From the NCBI GenBank assembly GCA_001179505.1, contig CDMY01000295.1, positions 124,001-188,000 on the forward strand: a stretch of 64,000 bases of DNA, written 5' to 3'. Of this stretch, positions 1 through 12,804 are shown piece after piece. Position numbers and translations under genes: made by a program. Origin of the DNA: Vitrella brassicaformis CCMP3155. Taxonomy: Eukaryota > Protista > Chromerida. The stretch's first letter is position 1, and the number at the start of each line of letters is the position of its first letter. The notes below the pieces were generated by a model that saw nothing but the letters and a program-made list of their open reading frames with translations, did not search any database and was not told the DNA's origin.

Positions 1-599
1 CTTCTCGATGCGCTGCTCGATCGACGACCCGCCCCGCCCCTCCCCCGGGTGGTGGTGGCCCTTGGCCGCCTCCCGCTCTCTCTGCCGCTTGCGAATGTAG
101 GTGTCCTCCTTGCAGCGGAGAAAAAGGTCGAGCAGGTCGACATCGGCAGACAGGCGCGCCCAGATGGAGACCCGCTGGCGCTCGTGGCCGTGGTCCTCCA
201 ACTCGCCGTCGGTGTCGGTCAGCTCCTCGCCGGACTCGTACATGGCCCGACGCAGGTGACCCAACTGACACACACAAACAAGAGAAGAGAATCAGACAGA
301 CCAGGTAAAAAGGCAGTGTGGTGGGGAAATGTCGCAGAATGCTCTCGCGTTGACGCGCTCACCAGCAGCTGATGGTTGAGCCATCTGGTCTGCTTGCGAT
401 TGCCTCGGCGCCCCTGCCTTGACGGCTCCCGTCTTCTGGCGGCCTTGCTGCCCCTGGAGGGCAAGGCCGCTGATGAGTACTCGGCTGGGGGTGGTGCGGG
501 AGGGCTGGGGGTGACGCTGACGATAGGCATCGGGCCAAATGCTGCGTCCTCGTACGCACGCCGGGTTGGGTCAGGCTGGTGGGGAGTGCTCATCGCCAT
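1..599 (-). CDS. R3H-associated N-terminal domain protein (R3HDM4-like), 5' part only; runs off the window start
   Basis: Exon 599-363 (MAMSTPHQ...GRRGNRKQTRWLNHQLL) splices through a GT-AG intron (362-265) in frame to LGHLRRAMYESGEELTDTDGELEDHGHERQRVSIWARL. The RRxxRxxRWxNxxLL segment resembles the R3H-assoc motif as recalled. Confidence 0.45.
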
Positions 600-1147
600 G
601 CTGACGGCTCGAGGGATGAGGAAAGAGGGCTCCTGTGCTTCTCCTTGCCTCTTCCTCTGTTTTGGCCTTCCCGGAAGGGATCGAACTCATTGCGAGCCTC
701 TTCGATCCGTCTCTTCGTTCGTTAACCTCACGGGGACCTTGCCCCCGGCGGTCTCTTGGGCAGAGCTTTCTCCACAGTGCAGATATGGTCCACATCGCAC
801 GAACAAGGGTCACTCTGCTTTTCGCCTTGACTTCTCTGACTCGCTACGCCCCCTTGCATGAAGACAACTGACCAGCATCCAATGCCTGTCGATGCATTGC
901 TTCCCCGCCCTGGATCAGATCAGCACATACCTACACACACGCATGCAGCACGCACTACGGCACAGTCAGTGCATCCAAGTTCCGCCGATACGACAGAAGG
1001 ACGGGCAGACAGACAAACAAAAACCAACCTATGAAAGTAGATAGATACAACAATGACGAGTATATAGAGATACATACAGACAGAGAGGCGCAGAGATACA
1101 CGAGATAGATACAGAAAGAGCTGCCATCTCGGACATATATGAATCCA

Positions 1148-3610
1148 CTACGCACCGGCCTCCGTCCGGGACGGCACCTGCACAAGGAAGGAGAGACAAG
1201 AAAGCCAGCGAGCGCCACTAGCTGTGACTCCGACACCGAGCGTCGCGTGTCTTCTGTCTCTGACCGACCTCCTCTATTGTGTAGACCTCCAAGTCCGCAC
1301 ACACGAATGAATGAGTGGCCGACAGCGTGGCCGATCCGTACTTGCTGAAGCGGCCAATGTACCTCTGGCCGTCGAGGGGCAGATCTTTCTTCCCCAGACA
1401 GTGGTAGCACAGGCGAAGATCGCCGCCATAACCTAATTCCAGCCGGCCACCAAAGTATAACTCCCCGTTGTCTGCCACTCGCCGTGCACCGGCGACCTCC
1501 ACCCACTGCGCGGCCCGGGGAAGTGTGATCTTTGTGATGCGGCCGTCGTCGAATGCGCCGCTGATGGAGTAGAAGGTCACCGGGCAATTGGTCCTCTCCA
1601 CTGCCGTTGGGTCAGCTGGCTGCGTGAGCTGTCCCTTGATGTGGCTCGCAAAGATGCAGCCGCCCAGGTCCTTGATGACGAACAGCAGATTGGCCGCCTC
1701 GCCCACCTTAGCGAGCAGGCAGCCATGCATCCAGCCGTCGCGCTGACCCCTGACAGACACATCCGGATACAGACACAGAGGACAGGGAAAATGCACTCAT
1801 GGACCAGCTGGCAATAGCGTCGTGGCTTCGGTAGGTGCCCCACTCACTTGAAGAGGAGCTGTGCCGTCGATGGTCTGTCGGCCGCCATGTCGGTGAGGGC
1901 CTGCAGCTCATCGGCAGGGATGATAGGGTCGGCCGGACGGGTGCTCCACACCTGCACACACACACAGAGGTGATACATACAGCCCCAACACAGCCATGTG
2001 TTCGTCAAAGTCTGTTCTGACCTGGTAGACCTCCAGTCGCTGTGCCGTGAAGACATGGCTGCCGGCCAGGGTGGCCCGTCCCTCCTCATTGAAGCTGCCC
2101 ACATACGTCTTGTCGGCCGGTAGGTCGCTCTTGTCAAGCCACTGGCGGCAGCGGCGAAGATCTCTGGTGGGCCCATCCCTCCCGCCCCCCAGCCATAGGC
2201 GGCCGCCACCGATGGACACCTTGCCGTGGTACACACCGTTGGAAGCCACGATCGCTCCTTCCGTACCGGCGACCGACACATACTGTCTGTTGTGGGGTAC
2301 GGTGATCTTGGCGATGCCGCCCTCCTTGAATGCACCGCTGATGGAGTAGAAGGCGACGGGGCAGCCGGTGGTTAGTGTTGATGTGGGGTCGGTCGGTGGG
2401 ATGAGGGGCCCCTCCAAGTGGCATGCGAAGCGGTGCTGCTCTTCATCCTCGATGACGAGCAGCAGGCCGTACACACCCGTCACACGATCCAGCAATGTCT
2501 CAAACTCACCGCCGTCACGCGAACTTCTGATGTACAACAGAAACACGCACAGATCGGCGAGTCCATCCTTTCTCTCATCTCCTCTGTTGTGTGTGGTCTT
2601 TCCGACTCACCTGAAGAGGCATTTGATGTGGCTGTGGGGTTTGCCGATCATCGAGAGGTACACCCGCTCCATGAGGCCGTACATCTCACACGCATACAGC
2701 AGCTCGCCAGCCGATCCGCTCGGCGGCAGCGGCGTGACGGCATCGGGGGCCAACCGAATGCGACGGACGTAATCCACCACCCTGCAGACCACAACACCAA
2801 ACACATGCAGTGTTGTCTTCCGTCTGGCTGTGTGTGTGTGGTGTTACCTGTGGAAGTTAGCGGCAGACACATCTACGACAGGCCCTCTATACCTGCACAC
2901 GTACAAAGGAGGCCACGATGATGGCCACCGAGCTCTGATGTCTGCTTGCGTCCCTTCCCACTTGGTGAATCGGTCATAGAGTGTTTGGTAGTCGGCCAGT
3001 GTGGCGTCGGTGGTGGCCACCAGCCGACCTCCATCTACAGTCACGCTGAGCACCTCCCTGCCGCCCGTCCCGCCCGCCGACGTGTCGATGAAGGGGCCCA
3101 TGACGGCCATGACGTCGCGGAAGGCCTCACTGTTCTCATCGCCGGGCTGGGCGTTGATGGTCAGGTCAGTGTGGGCCATGAAGCGGTCGTGGTAGAAGGC
3201 CAACGATGACGGGAGGCCGTCATAAATGTCGGTCGTGTCGATGCCGTCGTGCCTCGGGTACTGAAGCGTCACAGCCAACCTGACACCACACACACAGACG
3301 AGAGTTCAAGCATTCCAACCACTGGCAGCCAATGTGTGTCGCCCTGCTGCCATTCTCACCAGGTGAAGTACAACGGATCTGCGTCGAGGAAGTGAACACC
3401 GTTGGCATCCCGGAGTATCCAGTCATCGAAACGGTGGAGCAATAAGGCCAGGCAGGTGTTCTTGAGGCCATCGCGAAGCAGCTGATCACTCGGGAACCTC
3501 ATCACCCTCCCGCCCACATTCAGCAGCATCCCTTCCTGACTCGCTGCCGTCGTGCTGTCGGTGCTGGTGTTGGTTTCTGCCGTGGTGTCGTCTGGCGACT
3601 CCTTTGGCAT
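1148..3610 (-). CDS. BTB/POZ (KCTD-type) plus two TLDc-like domains, multi-exon (copy A)
   Basis: LLNVGGRVMRFP...LLLHRFDDWILRDANGVHFLDADPLYFTW is BTB_2-like. A second BTB-like segment follows (VVDYVRRIRL...LLYACEMYGL), then two repeats of LLxVIxD...FACHLEG...FYSISG...LEVY (TLDc-like). Last exon 1177-1148 was inferred from the paralogue at 38-40 kb. Confidence 0.8.
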
Positions 3611-3797
3611 GCACAAACCCATCTTGGTCGCTTGGTTGACAACAATGAAACGAGAACGCACGTATAGGTAGCCGTTGACACGAAGGCCTCCCCTCTGGCC
3701 AGATCCACGCAGAGGGGAAGACCTTGCCGCGCGAGCTTGGATCGCAGACTGCGAGCTTTTCTCCAGCGGATCTTTTTTGAGCTCCTCCCTGGCGTCG

Positions 3798-5730
3798 ATG
3801 AGTGTAGCTCCCATCGTGGGCGAAGGCTCATCGCAGCCGCCGTCCCTGCCATCCATCGACGAACACGCCATAGACAACTCGGAGGCAGATGTCACGCCCG
3901 CAGCCATCAAGACCGACATCAAAGTGGCCCTGAACGGCCTGCCCGAGGCGACCAACGGATCTCTAGCAGAGCCAATGGACGCAGCCCGTCATGGGAGAGA
4001 GAGGGAGTTGCTTGATGGTGTGAAAGAGGAGGAGAGGGGTGAGGGGAAGATGATGAACGGGCTGGGGTTTGGCGCATCGTCGTCGGCCGCTGGTGCACCG
4101 GCGACGCGGATGAAAGACTCGCACATTGACAAGGTACGGTACGCCCATGAGGGGGGAGGTTGCCTGAGTGCGTTCTGTTTTTTCACTGTATCTGTCATGG
4201 CTGGCTGGTGGTTGTGTTGTGACGTGCAGGGTTTGGGTGAGCCGATTATCGTTGCGCGGCACATTTCCAAGTCATACGCCATCGTCGGCCGGGACGAGAG
4301 TGTCACAGCACTCAAGAACATCAGGTAGACAGACTGGGGAGACCAAACCAACGCACACACACACAGACACAGGGCGCGGCGCGTGCATGTGTATGTGTGC
4401 TTCTGTGTGTCCAGCTTGAGCACGGCGCCTGACTGTCCGTTTCCTCCCATCCGTCGCGGCGAGTTTGTGATGATCCGGGGGCCTTCGGGCGGCGGCAAGA
4501 CGACTTTGCTCAACATACTCGGCACCATCGACCACCCGACTACCGGTGCGTTGCTGACACATATGGCGCGAACACATGGATTCATCCCTCGTCCTCTGTG
4601 TGTGTGCAGGTGAGGTTGAGATCTGCAACCGTTTGATCAGTCGGCATTCGACGGACGTGGAGCTGTCGCGGCTGCGGCTGTCCACCATCGGCTTCGTCTT
4701 CCAGACGTTCAACCTGCTGGCCACCCTATCGGCCTTCGAGAATGTGGTCATGCCCCTGAGGGACACGCACGCGCGCAGGGGGGTGTCAATTCACCTGATG
4801 TGTGTGTGTCCGTGTGTGTGGTTGAATGACTCAGGAGCTGCCGATGATTCTGCTGGGAAAGCTCAACAAGAAGCAGCGGCTGCAGAGGGCCACAGGTCAG
4901 TGATGGACCACCACGGCATTGTCACCGTCTGTCCGTCTGTGCGTCTGTCCAGATTTGCTCAAGAAAGTGGGTCTGCAGGACCGGCTGGAGCACCTCCCCA
5001 GCGAACTATCCGGCGGCGAAATGCAGCGGACGGCCATCGCCAGGTACACAGATGGGTGGGTCAGCCACACGACTCACTCATGCAGACAGTCAACAGAGGT
5101 GATTATCTTGTCAATTTCGCTGCGTTTCAGGGCGCTTGCAAACGAGCCGCAGCTGCTGCTGCTCGATGAACCAACAGGTACACATATGGTGAATCAACAG
5201 ACAGACAGACAGACAGATGAACAGGTGACTGTGTCCGTCTGGGTCACTGCAGGGGACTTGGACACCCGCAACACGATAGAGGTGATGGATCTGCTGCTGG
5301 ACATCAACCAGAGGGGCTTCACACACACAGACGAGGAGGACGACCACACCGAGGGCACCAGCGAGTCGACCGGCGGCATCAACAACCAGGAAGAGACGTA
5401 CGGCACCACCTGTGTCATGGTACAGCTACATGGACACTATCGACTTAGTGTCTCATGTCGGCGGGTGTTTTGACTGTGGTCAGGTGACGCACAATCCTGA
5501 TTTGGAGTGCTATGCCGACAGGATTCTGTACGTCAGGGATGGCATCTTCGAGAAACAGGTGCCAAGGCAGAGAGGCGGGCGGGCATTCTGAGCGTGTGAT
5601 GCTTGTGCACATGGGCGGATGGGTATGCTCCGTGTGTTTGTTGTTTGTGCAGGCGATCAATCCCGTGCAGCGGCGGTTGAAGCTGGAACCCTACCTGAAA
5701 TACCTCAACAGAGCCACACACCAGAGCTGA
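3798..5730 (+). CDS. Stand-alone ABC ATP-binding protein, LolD/MacB-type nucleotide-binding domain, 9 exons
   Basis: Walker [10 protein letters not shown]-loop [10 protein letters not shown], signature LSGGEMQR, Walker B/D-loop [12 protein letters not shown]-loop VTHN. All eight GT-AG introns are phase-consistent. No transmembrane domain. Start codon uncertain (3798 or later). Confidence 0.92.
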
Positions 5731-6071
5731 CAGAGAACGGATGGATGGATGGCGCAGCTCGTGCCTGCGCTGGCGCGTGTCGATGTATATACGAATTGTG
5801 TGTGAGTCGCTGGTGTCGATCGATCCGTTTTTGAGCCCCTGGGAGCCACTGACTGACTGACTGCACATATCTGTGTGTTGCGTGTGAGCCAGCCAGTGTT
5901 CCTGCTATGTGTGTGTAATAGACAGTCTGTCAGCAAACTGTCCCTGTGTGTGTGGCGTTTATGGACTGACTAAGTCTAGTGGTGCAACTTCTCATTCCCC
6001 TGGGCGTGTGAATCGGTCGATTACTCGAACGGCCAGACAAACAGCAAGCGTCGGTCAGGCTCATGCATCCA

Positions 6072-6103
<32 letters not shown>

Positions 6104-6281
6104 GTACCGTTGGTTCCTCCCACCGTATTGCTAGAGCACCAACACAACATCATTCACGCGTGTCACTGAAGCATCCACCCACCAGCCATACATACATACA
6201 TACATAGCACATCTGATGCCGTCTGGTCTTGTCGGCTAGTGCCCTCCCTCCTTCCCGCCCGCCCTTCCATCCCTCCCTGAG

Positions 6282-8184
6282 TTATTCGATGCCCAGTGGA
6301 ATGAACAGCCCCGTCCTCGACAGGCGCCCCAGCTGACCCCACCCAAACTGGCAGTCCTGGTCGCCGAGGTGCTCGTTGAAGCCCTTCTGCACGCCCGTCA
6401 GCTGATACTTGGCCACCTCGTCGAGCCGGGCCTTGTGCACCACCTCACGCACACCCGTCATCTTGTTGACCACCTGCCCCCCACTGCCGGCGGCACGAAT
6501 GGCGAAGCACTTGAGGGGCGGGACGGTCACCTTGACGCGCTTGTCGCCCTGCTGCTCGTATCTCGTCCCGCCCACCACCTCTCTGTTGCTGCTCGTCTGT
6601 GTGGCCGCCGACTTGACGAAGTGGTTGACAGCCGCACGAACGCGGCGCCTCAGCTGCGAGTCGCCGATGAGGTACTCGTCGATGGCCGCGGAAGCAGCCG
6701 ATGGCTCGTGCAGGAAGGCCCCGATCTTCCATGCGATGCCCTCGGCCTCGTGAGGTCCGAATGCCATGTTGGATGGGGAGGGGTGGGGGTGGGCGCCGTC
6801 GTGGTGGGGGGCGAGGGGCAGCAGACGGCCGAGACGCATCGAGTGGTCGCGCTGGGGACGAAGAGCGTCGTTGATGGCCGACATGGTGGCATTGGGCAGC
6901 TCGTTGAGCACCGTGGTATACTCAGTCAGCACCAGCTGGCGCTTCCGGCGGTCGGCCTCGGTGGCAATCGGCATGCGGGTGATGTCTGCGCCGGTCCGCA
7001 GCAGCGTCCGGATGGTGGCCTTGATATTGGGAATGATGCTCGATTGAAGCATCTCTTGGTATTGTCGGTCGAGTTGTTCGTCGTGCAGATCCTCATGCAT
7101 GTGGACGTCCCCCTCCAACCTGTCGACTCGATCGGCAGCTGTGGCGAGAGCTGTCCTGTTGGGGATCACGCCGGATGTGGGTGTGTCGATCTCGTTAGGC
7201 GGGAGGCGACGGCAGAGATAGTCAGCCGAGCAAGGCGAGCCCATGGACGCCGCGTCGTGCAGTGGCGTCCATTCGATGTTGCGAGTGGCCGTGATGCTCG
7301 CCCCGTTCTCGACGACAAGGTCCAGGTAAGCGTCGATGAAGCCTTGAGAGACGTATCCTCTCTCGTTCCTGGCTGCGTGGTGCACCAGGTTGCCGCCCAT
7401 AGCCTGTTCCACCTCAGTCGCCAGAGTGCTGTCCTGCTGAATGAGGCGCCGATACATGGCCAGCAGGGCGTGCTCGTAGTCGGAGGGAGCGCTTCTGCCA
7501 AACGAGTCTGAGTGAGGCAGCTCCATCACCATGACCCCGTGAACGTTGGCCTGATGCTGCATCAGCAGGTTAAATGCCGCCTCGCTGCCAGCCGCGATCG
7601 CCACACGGATGGGCATCGTGGGCTGGTGATGATGCGGGCGTCCCTGATTGACATCTGCACCTCCATTAAGTAGTGCGGTCATGATGTCACGCTCGAGCTG
7701 CGGCGACGACCACTGCGGAAGGACAAGTGGACGGTTGAGAAGGAATCCGCTGCTCTCGTCCCACACCCCATCGTTCTGAAAGCAGGCCCAGACGGATCCC
7801 CAGACGGATGGGATGCAGCCGCCGCTCTTGTTGTCGATAGCGAGGGCAAGCAGCGGATAGTGCGAGAGTTGTTCGAATTGGTATTCGAGGGCGTCCGTGC
7901 GCAGGTGCAATGCGACTGAGGCATCGGCGTCTGCTCCTTGTCGCTGGAGCCGCTGCGTCACCTCGTCGGCACTAATGACAGTGCGGCAGATGATGGCCTC
8001 CGCCAGCTGTCGGCTGACATCACTGTATTCGAGCTCGTCATCGAACTCAATGTTCACGCCGCCGAGTTCCGTCCAGTCAATTCCTGCCGATATGACAACC
8101 ACCCAACAGCATGACGTTTGCCATCCCCTTCCCTCTTCGTGCATGCCTCCCTCTCTGCTCATCTATCTCACCTGATTGCGTCAT
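6282..8184 (-). CDS. Ankyrin-repeat protein of a lineage-expanded family with conserved C-terminal domain (copy 1, intact)
   Basis: Micro-exon ATG ACG CAA TCA G (8184-8172), intron 8171-8084, then a long open exon. Ankyrin motifs LLNGGADVN, NLVHHAA, WTPLHDAASMGS, LLRTGADI. Family C-terminus HHDGAHPHPSPSNMAFGPHEAE...GVQKGFNEHLG. Confidence 0.85.
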
Positions 8185-8193
8185 CTCCTTCTC

Positions 8194-8433
8194 TCAGGCC
8201 CTGTCGGGGTCGAATCGTCTGATGTCGGTCATGATGCCGGCGTCATACTGGCAGTCGAGGTACTTGACGTTGTAGAAGGTGGCCGAGAGGACCGCCAGCC
8301 GGTCCATCTCGCGGATCTCCTTGATGGCCGCCTGCAGGAACCGGAGCCGCTTCTGCCACTGCTTGGTGCTCTCCCACTCGCTACGCTGACCCAACGTCGA
8401 AAACACCTGGGCCTCAAAACTTGTGGATGTCAT
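8194..8433 (-). CDS. XRN2-binding domain (XTBD) small protein, CDKN2AIPNL/PAXT-1-like, 79 aa
   Basis: QRSEWESTKQWQKRLRFL...MDRLAVLSATFYNVKYLDCQYDAGIM matches the recalled XTBD pattern R..ES..W..R..F...D.L..LS....N...L.C.Y...M. Confidence 0.75.
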   Translation of the reverse strand: MTSTSFEAQVFSTLGQRSEWESTKQWQKRLRFLQAAIKEIREMDRLAVLSATFYNVKYLDCQYDAGIMTDIRRFDPDRA

Positions 8434-8537
8434 TTAGACGAAGGTGGGGGACACTTATGGGCGTCACTCCCTTCTCTCGTCTCTTCGCCATCTTTGCGAG
8501 CTCGGAGCCCAAGACCCAGAGAGAGGGCAGCGCAAAA

Positions 8538-9441
8538 ATGGCGTCTGGGGCCGCCAGCTCGGCCAACAGCTCGTCTGGGGATCCTCTCGACCCCTGCCGT
8601 CCGCAGGATCTTGTCGCTCTTTCGTCCAGCGCCACGCACGACGCCATGACCGTGTCTGAGTCTCTGGGGGAGGACCTGCAGCCGACGGAGCTCAAGGCAG
8701 CTCAGCCCGCTCTGCTGACGCGGAAACAGGGTGATGAATGCGACTTTGCAGTGAGCAGGGGCGGGAGACGGCTGGTCTCGGCAGGGGCAGCTGTCAGTCG
8801 CTTTTGGTTGTCTTGTCATGCCCTTCAGCTTTGTCTGGAGGACGGCTGTCCCGAGAAGAAATGCGACATTCCCCCGCTGCCAGACAAGGGGCTTGTAAGG
8901 CGATGCACGCCCCATCAGATGGATTAATGTGCATATTCCATTGGCTCGTTCTGAATGTCAGGCCGGCCGTGTGCTTCGTTGGCTTGAACGTCGTCCTGCA
9001 CTGCAGAAGTGGCAGATGGACACCCAGGGCCACCAGCTGGAGACCAATCTGTACATCGCACAACTCGAAAAGCGCATCCAGGTGGGCTCTGGGTGAGGGA
9101 GACGCCACTCCCCTTGTCGTCTTGCGCGTGAGGTTCTCCCTCCCTGACAGGCCCAGGACCATGATCTCGCCGCCAATCAGGGAGAGATTGACCGCCTGAA
9201 GGGGCTGCTGGAGAGCCCTCCCCCTTTGTCCGTGTCTGGCGATTCACTCGACGACGCCAGCAGTGCGGGCCGCTCCACACGCGCCAGCCATGGCAACAAC
9301 AGTGACACCCACAAGAATGCTGACGATGAGGATGAAAATGAGCAGGGCGGCGGTTCGCTGTGGTCGGGTATGCAGATGTGGACGACGGAGGATGTGGGCA
9401 TGCTGGCAATGACATTCATGGGAAAGCGCAACAAGAAATGA
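8538..9441 (+). CDS. Hypothetical protein with short coiled coil, 4 exons
   Basis: In-phase exons MASGAASS...DECDFA | LCLEDG...DKGL | AGRVLRWLERRPALQKW...EKRIQ | AQDHDLAANQGEIDRLKGLL...KRNKK*. Canonical splice sites. Confidence 0.65.
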
Positions 9442-10689
9442 AATGAGCGGCTGGGTGGGTGGAGATCGTCGACATGAATGAGTGCACGTGTCGTGAAGGG
9501 CGGGAGCCTGTGTAGAGCGAGTGGGTGGCGTGGTGGTGAGGAATGAAGGAAAGAGAGAGTGTACCATATATATCTCGTGTGTGTGTGACATGGATGAGTG
9601 AATGGATGGATGGTCGACTGGGTGGTCGATGGAGGTCCCTCTGGCTGAGTGAGTGGATGGATGGATGGATGGGTGCTGACTGACCGCCGCAGACAGACAG
9701 ACAGACATACAGACAGATCATGGCAAACGGACACCTTGACTGATCGACATCGCCCCGATTTCGTTTCGTCTGAAAGGATTATGGCGGCGCATCGTGCATG
9801 CAGTCTCACCCACCCACCCATCCCTGGCGTGTACCTGTCCTCTCGCACCCATACACACACACATACATGTCCGCCTGATCCCTTGCCCGACATGCGGCGA
9901 CGCCACGACCGTTTGTGTAAGGGGCGCCGACGAACGCACCACACACCAGCGATCACAACCCCAGCCGAGGTCAAAGGCGAGTGGACAGACAAACGGACGC
10001 ATGAATCGAAAACTGACGGCGAGAGAAGAAAAGTCACTCACTCACTCACTCACTCACTTGTGGCTTCTCTTTCGCATGTCAGGCCAGCCAGAACGACCGT
10101 CATGCGAGGAATCGGGGCCCCAGTTGAAAGAAAGCGCCCCGGGGGTGGTTGCAGACCACCAATTATTCAGCTCATACCCCACGATGGACTTACGTCTATG
10201 GTACACTTACGTGTGTGTGTGTGTATGCAGTGCACAGCTGGCTGTACATCCACATCGAACCAAATCAGCCAAAAACCTTCCCTCGCTGTATAGGCAGGCA
10301 GGTGGGCGCACGTAGATAAAGTCACCACAGAAAGGACGCAGCCAGCCCGCCAATAGACACAATGGTCCATTCTGCACCGTTATGCATTCATGTACTTGCT
10401 CAGCTACATGGTTGGTTACTCAGCCATCCCTCCCTTCGTACCGTACCCATGTGTGTGCCCTCTCTCCCAAACACCATTGCATAAAGGTAGGTACACGCCA
10501 CGACCGACAGACACGCCACCTCACCCACTACGCATGGTACATTCCGATCACGCTCAGCCTTATAAAAGACACGGCCGTGACACACGCCCATAAACCCTGA
10601 CGCACACACGTTCGACACGTACTCGCACAAACAAAAAGAACCATCCATCCATCCCATCTGACAGTCACCGTCTCCCATCCTCTCTCACT

Positions 10690-12634
10690 GCCCCTCAGTG
10701 GTGTCGTGTTCAGCCGATCGCCCGAAGGATGGCGTCATCTCACGCGAATCGCCTGCATTGCAACACATGTGAGCATGCCACACCACACCAGACCACACCA
10801 TGCCAGCGCATTCATGTCGGCGTGCGGTTGTCTATGCATGTGTATCTGTCTTCTTTCTTGTGACCTTGGTGTGGATGGGCCCTGATGGATGCAGTTCCAT
10901 TGAAGGTCACTTTGGCGCGGCTTATGGGAGGCGGGGGAGGGGGACTCACCTGCAGACACGCACAGACACACAGGGATGGATAGAGTGTGTTTGTGTGCGT
11001 GCCGTTATGTCCCACCTGTGCGTCCCTTTGTGTCCCAGTGGTCCCCGTGGACACGTCAGGTGTGCTGGGGGTGACCTGCTGGCCAGCCACACCACAGACA
11101 GATCCGATGAGCAATGACGTATGCATACGGTGTCGATGGCTTTTTTGGCTTTATCCGTACGTCGTGTGCGTTTGGCGTTGCCGCCGTGGTGGATGGCGTC
11201 TGGAACGGACCACCACGAAGCTCAAACTTGTCACGCGGCTGCAACAGGCAACCGGCACACACACGCGCGCAGACAGACAGACAAGCAAGTGATACCCAGA
11301 CAGACACGCCGGCCTCTGCTGATACCATACCTGTTCGGGAGGCGTGACGGTGACAGTGGGAGCCGCTGCGCTCACTTGGGCCGCCGCACGCTGACAAACG
11401 CCCAATGCTCAATACAGCCACCAGTCTCTCGCCCGTCACCGTTCCATTCGCTCACCCACCTGTTCGGCGGTAGTAGTGGTCTCAGGTGGTGGTGCCGATG
11501 GCTTCGGGAGCGGCCCACGATCGTCGAACCGCACCGCACGCAGCGTGGGGAAGGCGCCCTCGTCCCGACGGCCCTCCTGCTTCATGATCCCAACACGAGG
11601 CGGCGGAGGGCGCACAACGTCCTGCTGCTGCTGCTGCTGCTGATTGACAGACAAAGGGCAACAGAGGGAGAGGGAGGGAGAGAGAGTGCGTGGCCCCACC
11701 TCATCTCCCCAACCTTCATCTGTGGTGTCACTCACCTGTGTGGTGTCCGCTGCTTTGAGTCTAGGCGGCGGTGCTGGTGCACGCTGGGGTGGAGGCGCGT
11801 AGGACGGATACCTGCGTGAGCAAAGAACGCCCGTGCCGTACCGTTCGCCGACTGTGTGCTTGTTCGTCCCTTACTGTGGAGGTCTTGTGGGCATCTGTGG
11901 TCGAGGAAGCCGCATATGCGGCTGAAGCACCTCTGATGTATATCACACACGGAGGGAGGGAGGGAGGGAGTCTCTTGCGTGACGTATCACTTGCCGATTT
12001 TGAGGCACGTGACGTGACGAGCCTCCTTTTCGCGTACCTTCCCGTGGTGGCGACGACTCCCTTGTTTCGCGTCGGATGGTCAGCTGTGCCGGACGGTAGT
12101 AGTCGAACCGAGGGCTGCGGGGGAAACTGAACGAGCCATCGACAGACATCCCAACCCACGCACAGACAGACAGACAGACAGACAGGTATGCATCACACAT
12201 ACAGCTCAAGAGAGGCGCCACCATATTCCTACCGACCTGTATTCGGGCGCGTGTGGGAGCACCAGATGATAGTTGGGACTGTACGCGCCAGGCCCTGAAG
12301 CACACCAATCACAACCACACAGAGAGAGAAGAGCGATGCTGCCCTGCCCGACACATCCTCCCCACAACGGGTGCGCCTCGAGTGTCATCACCTGGTGTGC
12401 CCTCATCCTCGTCAAACCGGTCGTAGTAGCGCTTGCTCGTCCTGCACACAAGGGAGGGAACCAGCATTCCCACAGATCTCCCCATCCTCCGGCCCAGCGC
12501 CTCTGTCCGCTTACGAGAGGAACGATGATGTGTTGTGCGCGTCCCTGCGGTAGGGGTTGGTTGATGCGGAGGTCGTAGAGTACATGGGAGGGTCGCGACG
12601 GTCGTCTAGCCACCACATACGTCGACGCCTTCAC
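10690..12634 (-). CDS. Pro/Thr-rich low-complexity multi-exon hypothetical protein (ends uncertain)
   Basis: A chain of short exons bounded by CAG/GT: YPSYAPPPQRAPAPPP, QQQDVVRPPPPRVG...AEQ, RAAAQVSAAAPTVTVTPPEQ, PRDKFELRGGPFQTP, QVTPSTPDVST, VSPPPPPPISRAK. No recognisable domain. Confidence 0.4.
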
Positions 12635-12804
12635 CTCGAATGGATGCTATCTCCTAGCGAGCTATTGAACCTTAGGGTAGAGGTCTGTGCTCGAAACGCA
12701 CAGGTCACGAGTTTCGGTTGTTTGTGCGTTCGTTAGTTCCCTGGCCCAGGGCAGGCGCTGTGTCCATAAAAGCGTTTGCTCGGAGGATTGTCCGAGGAGC
12801 TACC

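Noticed and set aside
6369-7511. Long antisense ORFs opposite real genes (e.g. 6369-7511, 24697-25773, 30418-31446, 23623-24453)
   Set aside because: These are shadow frames produced by high GC codon bias in the opposite-strand genes, with no independent motifs.
9177-10680. ORFs rich in CVCV, THTH, SVCL or PSIH across 3' regions and introns (also 18500-19700, 33650-34300, 40800-41300)
   Set aside because: They are translations of (TG)n, (TCTG)n and (GATG)n microsatellites, not proteins.
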